Assembly (NCBI GenBank): GCA_041480025.1
Contig: JBGOZA010000001.1
Span: 1-49,199, forward strand
Origin: Candidatus Bathyarchaeia archaeon
Lineage (GTDB): Archaea; Thermoproteota; Bathyarchaeia; RBG-16-48-13; GCA-020355125
Length of the DNA stretch: 49,199 nucleotides
Reading direction: 5' to 3'
In this document: positions 1 through 8,802 of the stretch, piece after piece
How the letters are laid out: every line of letters begins with the position of its first letter
How positions within the stretch are numbered: the first letter of the stretch is position 1
Translations under genes and position numbers: made by a program
Notes under the pieces: generated by a model
The model's database searches: none
The model's input: only the letters and a program-made list of their open reading frames with translations
What the model was told of the DNA's origin: nothing

Positions 1-80
1 ACCTGGCTGAGAGGACAACTAAATCGTTGTCGACCCAATGAACCTGACCCAGGTAATACTGGCGGAGGGAAAAGTAACGA
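1..80 (+). promoter_or_regulatory. TPP (THI-box) riboswitch aptamer, 5-prime part cut off by the window edge
   Basis: THI-box core is directly readable: GG-CTGAGA (5-12), optional hairpin GACAAC/GTTGTC (14-31), ACCC (33-36), GAACCTGA (40-47), P5 hairpin CCAG-GTAATA-CTGG (49-62), CG-GAGGGAA (63-71). It lies immediately upstream of, and overlaps, a ThiT thiamine transporter gene. Confidence 0.75.
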
Positions 81-616
81 GCGAGATAGGCCAAAATACT
101 AAAAAACCGTTTTACACAACTCGAGTTCTAGCCGAAGTAATAGTACTAGTGGCTTTGGCGGGAGCATTAAGTCTCATAAGTCACAGCTTCTTCGGGTTGC
201 CTCAAGGAGGATCAATTAACCTAGGCATGGTCCCCATTCTCTGGCTGGCGTTGAGAAGAGGGCCCGCAATAGGGATCTTCGCAGGAGCGGTATTCGGCAT
301 AGTTGATCTCGCAATCGAACCCTTCGTCGTCCATCCGGTTCAATTCATCCTTGACTACCCATTGCCATTCGCCTGTCTCGGACTAGCAGGTTTCTTCAAG
401 AAAAATGCGGTCATCGGTGTGGTTGTTGGCACTACGGGTCGGTTCATAAGTCACTTCATTTCCGGCATAGTCTACTTTGGAGAATACGCAGGAGCGCTCG
501 GCCCAGTAGCCTACTCAGCAATCTACAATGCAACCTATCTCATACCAAGCGCCATCATCTGCGCCATAATTCTTGGAATACTGCAGAAAAGCAAGACCCT
601 CAACATCTACCTCTAA
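38..616 (+). CDS. thiT: ECF-type thiamine transporter S component ThiT (YuaJ family)
   Basis: 192 aa polytopic membrane protein. VPILWLALRRGPAIGIFAGAVFGIV, ILDYPLPFACLGLAGFF and YSAIYNATY blocks match the ThiT family pattern. The only canonical in-frame start (ATG 38) lies inside the riboswitch core. Confidence 0.8.
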   Translation: MNLTQVILAEGKVTSEIGQNTKKPFYTTRVLAEVIVLVALAGALSLISHSFFGLPQGGSINLGMVPILWLALRRGPAIGIFAGAVFGIVDLAIEPFVVHPVQFILDYPLPFACLGLAGFFKKNAVIGVVVGTTGRFISHFISGIVYFGEYAGALGPVAYSAIYNATYLIPSAIICAIILGILQKSKTLNIYL

Positions 617-630
617 GGTCCTGCAATAGA

Positions 631-1623
631 ATGGGAAAACTGACCGACCGCGAACTCAAGCAATTATTGTCCTGTATCCGAAAGAATGAACAAGTCATAG
701 TTCCGCCCAAGTCAGGTTACGATTCAGGAGTACACAAAATAGGCGACAAATACCTCGTAGTCTCCACCGATCCATGCTCAGGGGTTCCTTCCAGATGGTT
801 TGGATTTCTACTAATCAACTATGCGGCTTCAGATGTAGCACTATTTGGAGCACGACCCGAATACTGTACCATCAACCTTCTTGGCCCTCCTGGAACCAGA
901 TCGGAGATTTTTCAGGAAATAATGGAGCAAGCGTGCGAAGCTGCAAATGAGCTTGGCACACTCATTATTACGGGCCACACAGGCAGATATGATAGTCTAA
1001 ACAACACTATTGGAGTCTGCACTGCATATGGCACAGTTGAACCAGAGAATCTGAAGACCCCTGGCAGCGCACAATCAAAGGACCTAATCCTATGCACGAA
1101 ACCCATAGGATTGGAGACAGCAGTGAACTTCTCACTCACACATACGGCACAGGCAGTCGACCTCTTCAGCAAACAATCGACTACACGATTGTCCAAGCAG
1201 GTTCGGATGCAAAGCTGTGTAAAGGAAGCTCTACAACTAGCAGAGTTGAAGAGTGTTCATGCAATGCATGATGCGACTGAAGGAGGCTTGATCGCTGCAC
1301 TAAATGAGGTGGCAAGCGCCTCCAATCTTGGCTTCAAGATCAATTACGAGAGAATACCATTGACAAGAGAGGTTCGAATACTGCAGGAAGCCTTCGGATT
1401 GTCAGACAATCAGGTTCTGGCCATGTCGTCCACTGGCACCATTCTGGCAGCTGTAAGCTCCGAAGGCGAAAACGAAGTTAGAGAGATCCTCAACAGAATG
1501 GGGTTAGAGGCACGTTTTCTAGGCGAATTCATGGAGGACAAGAAGAAGCTGCTTATACAGAATAATCAGGAACAGAGTTTTCCCAAGGTCGCTGATGACC
1601 CCTATACCAGAATTCTATCCTGA
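631..1623 (+). CDS. AIR synthase-related protein (PurM/ThiL/HypE superfamily)
   Basis: 330 aa. VVSTDPC...FGFLLINYAASDVALFGARPEY and HAMHDATEGGL motifs are typical of the PurM-like ATP-binding fold. Starts 14 nt downstream of thiT on the same strand. Confidence 0.65.
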   Translation: MGKLTDRELKQLLSCIRKNEQVIVPPKSGYDSGVHKIGDKYLVVSTDPCSGVPSRWFGFLLINYAASDVALFGARPEYCTINLLGPPGTRSEIFQEIMEQACEAANELGTLIITGHTGRYDSLNNTIGVCTAYGTVEPENLKTPGSAQSKDLILCTKPIGLETAVNFSLTHTAQAVDLFSKQSTTRLSKQVRMQSCVKEALQLAELKSVHAMHDATEGGLIAALNEVASASNLGFKINYERIPLTREVRILQEAFGLSDNQVLAMSSTGTILAAVSSEGENEVREILNRMGLEARFLGEFMEDKKKLLIQNNQEQSFPKVADDPYTRILS

Positions 1624-1795
1624 GATGATGATGATTTCAACTGTGACTGAGAAGATGCATATTCATTGATATTTGCCAAAGCATTTCTACAACTATTCTC
1701 TCCGACGCCACTCAGAACATCAAAGAGACGCAAAGGATTAATAACGCGGTTTTTCTATGGCTGAAGGTGAATCTCCCTACAAGTAGTGAACGATA

Positions 1796-2197
1796 ATGAG
1801 CAGACCTGTTGAAGTTGGAGCTCTCAAGATTGGAGGGAACCTCCTGATTGAAGGCGAACCTTGCCGAATTGTGGCATATGAAAAGTCAAAGCCGGGAAAA
1901 CATGGTTCAGCCAAGGCCAGAATAGTCGGCATAGGCGTTCTTGACAGCGTCAAACGAACTATTGTCAGCCCAGTTGATGCACGAGTAGATGTTCCCCTCA
2001 TTGAGAAGAAAACCGGACAAATCATCTCCTTATCAGGAGACCAAGTTCAATTGATGGACATGGAAACATTCGAAATATTCTATGCTCCATCACCGAAAGA
2101 TGAGGATGTCAGAGGCAAACTCGCTTCAGGTCACGAAGTAGAATATTGGAAGGTCATGGACCGAATCATGATCATGAGGGTTAAAGGCACGGCATAG
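1796..2197 (+). CDS. eif5a: translation initiation factor 5A (aIF5A)
   Basis: 133 aa. Hypusination loop KSKPGKHGSAKARIVG followed by an OB-fold C-terminal half. Confidence 0.9.
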   Translation: MSRPVEVGALKIGGNLLIEGEPCRIVAYEKSKPGKHGSAKARIVGIGVLDSVKRTIVSPVDARVDVPLIEKKTGQIISLSGDQVQLMDMETFEIFYAPSPKDEDVRGKLASGHEVEYWKVMDRIMIMRVKGTA

Positions 2198-2216
2198 AAT
2201 CTCTAAAAAACCTTAT

Positions 2217-2486
2217 ATGGGATGCCTCAAAAGTATTCGCCTCATTAGCGGATGGACCTTTATGGACGTTCAATGCGCCGTTTGTGGAAAGAAATTTGAT
2301 ACTAAGAAAGAAGAAATCACAGTTACAACAGACTGGATCTTGGAAGAAGCCGCAAAGATGAATAATGTGAGCCACTCTGGCTCATTCCCCAGAGTTGCTA
2401 TGGTTTGCTCCAACTGCTGGAATTCTGTCCTCAAGAACAAGCCTGGGGACAAAAGCTGCTACTGGGTTTACAATAGCGAAATCTAG
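2217..2486 (+). CDS. small zinc-ribbon protein (hypothetical)
   Basis: CAVCGKK ... CSNCWNS cysteine pairs. The likely real start is ATG 2262 (MDVQC...). Confidence 0.45.
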   Translation: MGCLKSIRLISGWTFMDVQCAVCGKKFDTKKEEITVTTDWILEEAAKMNNVSHSGSFPRVAMVCSNCWNSVLKNKPGDKSCYWVYNSEI

Positions 2487-2494
2487 CAAGAGAT

Positions 2495-2530
2495 GCGTGG
2501 AAAAGCCACGCTGATTCTATTTCTTTTTCC
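2495..2530 (+). terminator. hairpin plus T-rich tract
   Basis: GCGTGG (2495-2500) pairs with CCACGC (2506-2511), followed by tctatttctttttcc, 9 nt after the stop of the zinc-ribbon ORF. Confidence 0.35.
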
Positions 2531-2541
2531 CAGGCGGTTTT

Positions 2542-2814
2542 TTGAAGGTAAGAGTCCATGTCTATATTAGCGGAGAAGTCCAAGGCGTTTTCTTCAGAGA
2601 CACAACTACGAATGAAGCATCTCGTAGACGAGTCAGAGGATGGGTAAGAAACCTTCGAGACGGACGCGTAGAGGCTCTGTTCGAAGGTGAGAAAGAGAAT
2701 GTCCAAGCCATGATTGAATTCTGTTGGCGTGGACCTGGACTCGCTAAGGTAAAGAATGTTGATGTAGAATGGGAACCGTATGTTGGAGACGAAGAACTGT
2801 TTGAAACAAGATAG
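2542..2814 (+). CDS. acyP: acylphosphatase
   Basis: 90 aa. VxGxVQGVFFR and GWVRNLRDGRVE motifs. TTG start. Confidence 0.85.
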   Translation: MKVRVHVYISGEVQGVFFRDTTTNEASRRRVRGWVRNLRDGRVEALFEGEKENVQAMIEFCWRGPGLAKVKNVDVEWEPYVGDEELFETR

Positions 2815-2827
2815 TCTTGATCTTCTG

Positions 2828-3565
2828 TCAGACGTGTCTTAGATTGAATAAGCGAATGGCGTTTCTAGTTGTTGTTGACGCCACCTCTTCCTGGCTAAGT
2901 CCTTTGAGTTCGGCTAAGAATCGTAGCGTTTTGACAACATCCGAGGGTTCAGATTTCTTTCCATGATAGTTGACTGGACTATCAGTCTCAATAATCAAAG
3001 CTTCGAGAGGAGTCTCCTTTATGGAGGCTCTGTGAGCCTTACTATACTCCAGAGCGGGAGACGCTGATACATAGTAACCCGAATCCAGAACCTGCTTCAA
3101 GATTTCCACAGGACCACTGAACCAGTGGAAGACCGCCTTACTGATCTGCCTGCTCAGCACAGATTCGTAACATTCTTTCCATGCGCCTCTGGAGTGAATA
3201 GAGAGAGGGAGACTTGATGATTCTGCATAGCTTAGCATTTTCGAGAACACCTCATTTTGGAGACCCTTGTCAATCTTGGACCAGTAGTCCAGACCTACTT
3301 CACCCACTGCCACGCATTCATGCAGATGTTCCTCAATGAAGAGGAGAGTGTCAGCGAGATCTTTGCCTATCTCTTGAGGATGAACACCTATGGCAGGATA
3401 TATGAGATCAGCATGTTCTCTGGATAGTTCAAGTGTTCTTTTGCAGGAATCGAGATTTGTGCCAACGCCAATAATGGCATCGACACCTACAGCACGCGCA
3501 TTTCTAATCATAGAATGAACATCTAGGACTTCTTCAAGATGTGCGTGAGTATCAATGAGCTTCAA
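2828..3565 (-). CDS. TatD-family metal-dependent hydrolase
   Basis: 245 aa. Begins MKLIDTHAHL; contains AIGVHP, EVGLDY and ETDSP motifs. Confidence 0.8.
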   Translation of the reverse strand: MKLIDTHAHLEEVLDVHSMIRNARAVGVDAIIGVGTNLDSCKRTLELSREHADLIYPAIGVHPQEIGKDLADTLLFIEEHLHECVAVGEVGLDYWSKIDKGLQNEVFSKMLSYAESSSLPLSIHSRGAWKECYESVLSRQISKAVFHWFSGPVEILKQVLDSGYYVSASPALEYSKAHRASIKETPLEALIIETDSPVNYHGKKSEPSDVVKTLRFLAELKGLSQEEVASTTTRNAIRLFNLRHV

Positions 3566-3677
3566 TTTTCAGTTTCCCATTTCATGAATAGAGCATGATG
3601 TTATGAAGGCACTTTTCTGGAATGTTCTAAGAGCCCTTTAAGATATTGGTTGGGTACGGGTGAGTTGCAATGAACAA

Positions 3678-4709
3678 TCATCCCATTGAAAGAGCGTTTC
3701 TGGCCTCATCTACGTCAATATCAAGTTCATGTTCGTCTGCGACTCCGATAGACAATGCGTCTACATGTGCCTTTTCTAGAACAAAATGAAAAGCTTTGGC
3801 GGGTGTGATTCTTCCCCCTGCCATTGTTTTAATTGCCACAACGGGCCGCTTCGAGGAAGTTACTGCTTCCAAAGCTTGATGCATTGAAGGCAGCATCAGG
3901 GCTCCAAGCTTATTGACAGGTGTCAAGTAACCTTCTATTCCAATTCGTTGCTCCTCTAGTATCGGTATAGTTGTTCCAGCGTGATGTATTCCTACGATGG
4001 CTGAACATCCTAGAGAGTCTTTGGCGTATTCTATGACTTCTTTGAGAAGGTCTAATCGCCCTGTCATAGCGAGGAAATCAGTCTCTGAACCAGGCTCAAC
4101 TAGGAGCACTTTGCATCCTTTCAGTGAGTCAAGATTCTCCTGAAGCCTACCCCTGTCAAGTGACATACGTCGTATATCATGCTCATCATATGGGTGAGGG
4201 TCTGCTATGGCTTCTGAGAACTTTTCAGTCCAGCCTTGTCTGCATTGAAGTATCGGGTCCTCAAGGTATTTCTTGGCAATTCCAGAGTCACTCTTAGCCT
4301 CTATATGATAGTAGGTGGTCCACCGTCGATAGTCATCTAATGGTTTAGAATCGATTGTCAGAGGAATCGTGAAGCAAGCAATCAATCCTGCCTCTATGCC
4401 GGTATTACTTTCAGCACGTGTTAGAGCTTGAAAGAAGAGATTTGACAGATGGTTCATTGGTGGCATGACACTGATCGCTGTCAGGTTATGTCGGCCAATA
4501 GCTCTCTCAAGAAGCCTGGTCGTGTATTCCAAGTGGGAGAAGCGTTCGAGGTAGACATTGTTTGTTTCTAAGCCTTGGTATGATTCACCTAGGAATGGCA
4601 AATTACCTAGTATAAGACGTGGAACCCAAATGCCACCTATCTCGAATAATGGAATAGGAACATTTGAGAAAGAGCTCAGAGTCTTTTCCTCCGTGGTTGT
4701 GCATAGCAT
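3678..4709 (-). CDS. hypothetical protein (343 aa)
   Basis: Long uninterrupted ORF with no family recognised by eye. A GCGCGCGC tract sits 3 nt upstream of its ATG. Confidence 0.5.
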   Translation of the reverse strand: MLCTTTEEKTLSSFSNVPIPLFEIGGIWVPRLILGNLPFLGESYQGLETNNVYLERFSHLEYTTRLLERAIGRHNLTAISVMPPMNHLSNLFFQALTRAESNTGIEAGLIACFTIPLTIDSKPLDDYRRWTTYYHIEAKSDSGIAKKYLEDPILQCRQGWTEKFSEAIADPHPYDEHDIRRMSLDRGRLQENLDSLKGCKVLLVEPGSETDFLAMTGRLDLLKEVIEYAKDSLGCSAIVGIHHAGTTIPILEEQRIGIEGYLTPVNKLGALMLPSMHQALEAVTSSKRPVVAIKTMAGGRITPAKAFHFVLEKAHVDALSIGVADEHELDIDVDEARNALSMG

Positions 4710-4712
4710 TCT

Positions 4713-4720
4713 GCGCGCGC
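4713..4720. repeat. alternating GC tract GCGCGCGC (non-coding)
   Basis: Read directly. Located in the 60-nt spacer between two minus-strand genes. Confidence 0.9.
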
Positions 4721-4769
4721 TGTGAGAACGTCTTCGTTTGTTTGATCAGGCTTGAAAGCACGTATGCTT

Positions 4770-5417
4770 CTACGTCTCGCTATCGCCCGCAAGATGCCCA
4801 TACTCAACGCCTTCAACCCTGACAGTAGAGGAAAGGAAGTTCTCAAGTTTACCTTCTGCTTCAAGCTTAGCTATCCAGTCAATCTTACCTGATGCTGGTT
4901 CTCTCTTTCCATTCAAGACTTCGAGGATTTCGTTTACAACCGTCCCAACATCAGAGTGAGTAACATCTATCTCATGGAGACGATCTTTTCCGAGTCTTCT
5001 TATCGCACCTATGAGACAAACATCAAGCACTTCAGCAGCAATGTTTTCTGAAATCTTCCTGTCATCGTAACCTCTTCTCCTGAGTTTCTGTTCCAAATCA
5101 TCAGGGTCCCTTCTAAGCACAAATGTCATAATATTCGCTGACTTAGGCACAACATCATATGCGTAATGTCCTTCTATGACAATGCTGTCCTTAGTCTTGG
5201 CAAGGATGCCTCTCACGCGTGTCCTCAGCTTCTTCATATCAGCGATGAGTGTTTCTCTACGGTCATCAGACATTGAGACAAGATTCTCTTTCTGCACTAG
5301 TTCGCTGACGTCCAGAACATTGGATGACAGACTCTTGGCGAGTTCTTTGGCTACAGTAGTCTTTCCGACACCAGGGGTACCAGTTATAATTATTACTCTG
5401 ATGGTTGTGTCCTCCAT
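4770..5417 (-). CDS. putative adenylate kinase / Fap7-like NTPase
   Basis: P-loop ITGTPGVGKTTVAKELA at the N-terminus; VIEGHYAYD and VLRRDPDDLEQKLRRRGY resemble Fap7/AK6. About 40 aa C-terminal extension. Confidence 0.65.
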   Translation of the reverse strand: MEDTTIRVIIITGTPGVGKTTVAKELAKSLSSNVLDVSELVQKENLVSMSDDRRETLIADMKKLRTRVRGILAKTKDSIVIEGHYAYDVVPKSANIMTFVLRRDPDDLEQKLRRRGYDDRKISENIAAEVLDVCLIGAIRRLGKDRLHEIDVTHSDVGTVVNEILEVLNGKREPASGKIDWIAKLEAEGKLENFLSSTVRVEGVEYGHLAGDSET

Positions 5418-5558
5418 ATGAGAATAGACTCGTGGACCTCTTCTTAAGAAGTGGGGTCATCAAACATGGTTGAGTGCCAGCTACGAAGAAGCGAAAGCTG
5501 AGGCCAAGTCTCTTGCACGAAACGCTAGTAGGAAATGGATTATGCCCATTTCTCGGGG

Positions 5559-6041
5559 CTATATGTTGTATGTGTTGTTAGTGTTGAGATAATTTACCAA
5601 ACCGCCGGCTCGATGTATGTCAAGTACGAGTTTGGGTGTTGGCATAAGCTGGTAAGTCATACCTTTGGAGTCAATTAGCAGGTTGTTGTCCAAGTCTACG
5701 TTAACATCTTCTCCGTCTTTGATTTTGATCACGTCGCGGGATTGAAGAGGTAGAACGCCCAGATTGACGCAATTTCTCCTGAAAATCCATCCATATGATT
5801 TTGCCACAAGGTAGACTCCGGCTTCACGCATAACTATTGCAGCATGCTCACGACTTGAACCACAGCCGAAATTGTTGGCTCCTATCACAATATCTCCGGC
5901 CTTGACCTGTTCAGCAAACTCTGGTCGAAGGTATTTGAAAGTGTGTTTACGCAGTTCCTTTGGGTCACTAGTGATATTGTATCTTCCAGGAATAATGTAG
6001 TCCGTGCTTATGTTGTCTCCAAAGACCCAAGCTCTTGCCAT
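5559..6041 (-). CDS. leuD: 3-isopropylmalate/homoaconitate dehydratase small subunit (LeuD/HacB type)
   Basis: 160 aa. VFGDNISTDYIIPGRY and GCGSSREHA motifs. Directly abuts the large subunit gene. Confidence 0.8.
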   Translation of the reverse strand: MARAWVFGDNISTDYIIPGRYNITSDPKELRKHTFKYLRPEFAEQVKAGDIVIGANNFGCGSSREHAAIVMREAGVYLVAKSYGWIFRRNCVNLGVLPLQSRDVIKIKDGEDVNVDLDNNLLIDSKGMTYQLMPTPKLVLDIHRAGGLVNYLNTNNTYNI

Positions 6042-7238
6042 CTACAGATACCTCCTTGGGTCCGTTATTCTGCCTTCTAAAGCCGTTGCTGCCGCTGTAG
6101 CTGGTGAAGCTATGTATACTTCTCCTTTCGGACTGCCCATCCTTCCCTGATAATTCCTATTACTCGTTGATACACACACATCTAGGTCGCCTAGTACACC
6201 CAGGTGTCTTCCTAAGCAAGGACCACATCCGGGTGGTAGACAAACCATTGCTCCACTCCTCTGGATAGCATCTATTAGACCCTCATTCAAAGCTTGACGG
6301 TAGATTTCTAATGTGGCTGGAGCAACTATGGTTCGCACATATGGGTTGACTGTCTTCCCCTTCAATAGTCTTGCAGCTATCCTCAAGTCATGGATTGTAC
6401 CGTTGGTGCAGCTACCAATGAAGACTTGATTGACTTCTTTCCCAACGACTTCGCTTACGGTTTTGATGTTGTCTGGGCTATGCGGGCAAGCAATCAATGG
6501 CTCCAACTTGTCTGTCTCAATATGAATCTCGTCTGAATATTTAGCATCATTGTCTGGCACAAGTTTGAGATTCTCGTCCTGAAAGACCTCTGTGACTGCT
6601 GTGCACTCAGTGGCCATTATTCCAATAGGCATTCGCTCGTACACATCCATCTTGGCCAGAGTATCTCCACAGAATTCTAACGCTTTCTCCTGTCCCCCGC
6701 TCAGAGTCAATTCTTTCACAAACGCTAAAGCAACATCCTTGGAAGTCACTCCCTTCTGCATCTCTCCCGTGACCTCGATCTTGATTGACTCAGGGATTTC
6801 AAGCCATGTCTGTCCAGTCTTCCAACAAGCAGCTACGTCTGTTGAACCGACCCCTAGTCCGACTGCACCTGCTACTCCATAGACAGGAGTATGTGAATCA
6901 CCTCCGATAATTACGTTCCATGGCTGAACGTAACCCTTCTCAATCATCAATGTGTGACAAATTCCTTGACCTTCAAAGAAGGGAATACTGTATTTCCTGC
7001 AGAAATCTTTCATGCTTCGCTGGTTTAGCGCAGCTTCAGGATATGATGGCGGAACAATATGGTCAAAGACTATGACTATCTTGTCTTTTTGAATAGTCTT
7101 CTCTGAGAACTTCTCGAATGCTTCGATAGCTAGTGGTGTGGTTGTGTCATGGGACATGATTCTATCCACATCAACCACAATGTGATTGGCTTGAGTCTTT
7201 CCTTTCCTCTTCAGTATTTTCTCAACAACTGTGCTCAT
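6042..7238 (-). CDS. leuC: 3-isopropylmalate/homoaconitate dehydratase large subunit (LeuC/HacA type)
   Basis: 398 aa aconitase-family protein. GGDSHT, GSCTNG and GCGPCLG cluster-ligand motifs. Confidence 0.8.
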   Translation of the reverse strand: MSTVVEKILKRKGKTQANHIVVDVDRIMSHDTTTPLAIEAFEKFSEKTIQKDKIVIVFDHIVPPSYPEAALNQRSMKDFCRKYSIPFFEGQGICHTLMIEKGYVQPWNVIIGGDSHTPVYGVAGAVGLGVGSTDVAACWKTGQTWLEIPESIKIEVTGEMQKGVTSKDVALAFVKELTLSGGQEKALEFCGDTLAKMDVYERMPIGIMATECTAVTEVFQDENLKLVPDNDAKYSDEIHIETDKLEPLIACPHSPDNIKTVSEVVGKEVNQVFIGSCTNGTIHDLRIAARLLKGKTVNPYVRTIVAPATLEIYRQALNEGLIDAIQRSGAMVCLPPGCGPCLGRHLGVLGDLDVCVSTSNRNYQGRMGSPKGEVYIASPATAAATALEGRITDPRRYL

Positions 7239-7256
7239 TTAGACCGCTCCAATATT

Positions 7257-8747
7257 CTACTCGACTGGCAAGGTCTCAGTGTTTACTATGGCGTCCTTAA
7301 ATCTGTTCCGAATTCTATCAAGGATTTCTACGCCGTTTGAATCAATTCTTCGTGTTAGAAGAATCACATCAACGTCTCCATAAACCTCGTCTGCGTGTTC
7401 CACCTCACTCCACCCACTGACTTCTTCAACTAGCTGATCTGAAGGAAACTGTGGACGAAGCTTGAGCAAGACGTACACTCGATCATCTCCATGAATCAGA
7501 TGCCTAATCTTGTCAACGGGTATACTCAGTCCAGTTTTGGAGAGAATAATGTCCTGAACCTCATAGGGGGATACCTCTCGATGCTTCAGAGCTGATCTGC
7601 CCACTATTGCATCCGTTACTTCTGTGACGATTTTCTCTTGTGGTTCAAACTCTGCATCATCTGCAAGATCGAGGAGACGTTCAACCACATGTTTGCTCAT
7701 CAAGCTACCAGCTTCGAATTTGGCCACGTTTTGGGCATCATGAAGTAGTTTTAGTTTGGGCATATATCCAGATGGGTCGTGTACTACCTGTGATTGGTGT
7801 GTTCCAGCTTTTTCGACGAAGCATTGCGGTGCAAGTGGATGAGTCCACGGCAGTTGAATACCAGTGGTTTCAGTGAAAGCGTTGTAGAGCCACCTCATCT
7901 TTCCTCTGTCTTGGCCGCTTTGCCTGTGGAGTAGATCCTCATAATTGGATACGAATTCATAGTGGTCTGTTATGCCGTTGCGTGTCCCAAGGCCCATGAT
8001 GCTTACCTGAATCTCTTCAACCTGTGGATGTGTAACGGCCTGAAGAGCGTTTGCCAGAGCGTTTCCATAGTCGTTGTGGAAATGGCATGCTAGAGGTTGC
8101 TCTGTTAATTTGGAGACAGTCTCGATGAATGGCAAACATCTGTGCTGTGGTAAGATGCCACTTGTGTCAGGTATACTAACAACAGTGGCTCCGCAGTCTT
8201 TCACAGTGCTGAGCAGACGGGAAAGAAAATCCAAGGTGTCCTCAGAATCTTCTGACTGGGGCAAATCAAAGCGGGAAACATCCTCCAGAGTCGCGCGACG
8301 ATACTTGAAGCCCATACTTCTAGCCAATTCAAGGGTTTCCGCAAATGTATCGATTACCCTGTCCTGTTCCATTCCCTTGAATTTGCCTTGCCTATGGAGA
8401 CTAGTTGGCGCCATGTAAAGGGCGACCCCGTCCGCATCATAGCTTTGGGCCAACTCAACATCAGGTTTGTAGGCACGGAACTGCAACACTGCCATCTTCG
8501 AAAAGTTCTTCTGTACTCGATCCACGGCTGCTTTGACATCCTCGATCTTTCCTCCTCTATTTGGATATACAAGAGGAAACTCTATTCTGGGAGTTCCTAT
8601 TTCAGCCAAGGCTTCTGCAATTCGTATTCTGCTTTCTTTTGTGAAATAGACTCCTGGCTGAAGCTCTCCTTCCCTAAGTGTTGTGTCAAGTATTGTAACC
8701 AATAGTTTTATCCTCTTAGAAACTGCACGTCTGGTTGTACTATGCAT
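7257..8747 (-). CDS. homocitrate/2-isopropylmalate/citramalate synthase family enzyme with C-terminal RAM (Lrp-type ligand-binding) domain
   Basis: HMGL-like barrel motifs ILDTTLREGELQ and CHFHNDYGNALANAL. The last ~75 aa (RVYVLLKL...EVYGDVDVILLTRRIDSNGVEILDRI) have the beta-alpha-beta-beta-alpha-beta pattern of AsnC/Lrp C-terminal domains. Confidence 0.7.
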   Translation of the reverse strand: MHSTTRRAVSKRIKLLVTILDTTLREGELQPGVYFTKESRIRIAEALAEIGTPRIEFPLVYPNRGGKIEDVKAAVDRVQKNFSKMAVLQFRAYKPDVELAQSYDADGVALYMAPTSLHRQGKFKGMEQDRVIDTFAETLELARSMGFKYRRATLEDVSRFDLPQSEDSEDTLDFLSRLLSTVKDCGATVVSIPDTSGILPQHRCLPFIETVSKLTEQPLACHFHNDYGNALANALQAVTHPQVEEIQVSIMGLGTRNGITDHYEFVSNYEDLLHRQSGQDRGKMRWLYNAFTETTGIQLPWTHPLAPQCFVEKAGTHQSQVVHDPSGYMPKLKLLHDAQNVAKFEAGSLMSKHVVERLLDLADDAEFEPQEKIVTEVTDAIVGRSALKHREVSPYEVQDIILSKTGLSIPVDKIRHLIHGDDRVYVLLKLRPQFPSDQLVEEVSGWSEVEHADEVYGDVDVILLTRRIDSNGVEILDRIRNRFKDAIVNTETLPVE

Positions 8748-8802
8748 ATCGTATAATATTAACTATTTACGAACCAAGCTCAAGAGAGCTTCTACGATTT
8801 AT

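Noticed and set aside
1624-1650. C/D-box sRNA-like arrangement: ATGATGA (1628-1634), exactly 12 nt, then CTGA (1647-1650), right after the stop of the AIR-synthase-like gene.
   Set aside because: No convincing C-prime box and no terminal D box (CTGA) within the next ~60 nt, and no terminal stem. Half a motif is expected by chance.
912-8705. Numerous 60-140-aa track ORFs antisense to or out of frame with large conserved genes (e.g. 912-1196, 1777-2025, 6592-6882, 8074-8418, 8388-8705; likewise 37172-37998 within alaS).
   Set aside because: They are nested inside CDSs with clear family signatures, and their own translations are low-complexity or Ser/Leu/Arg-rich, as expected for shadow frames.
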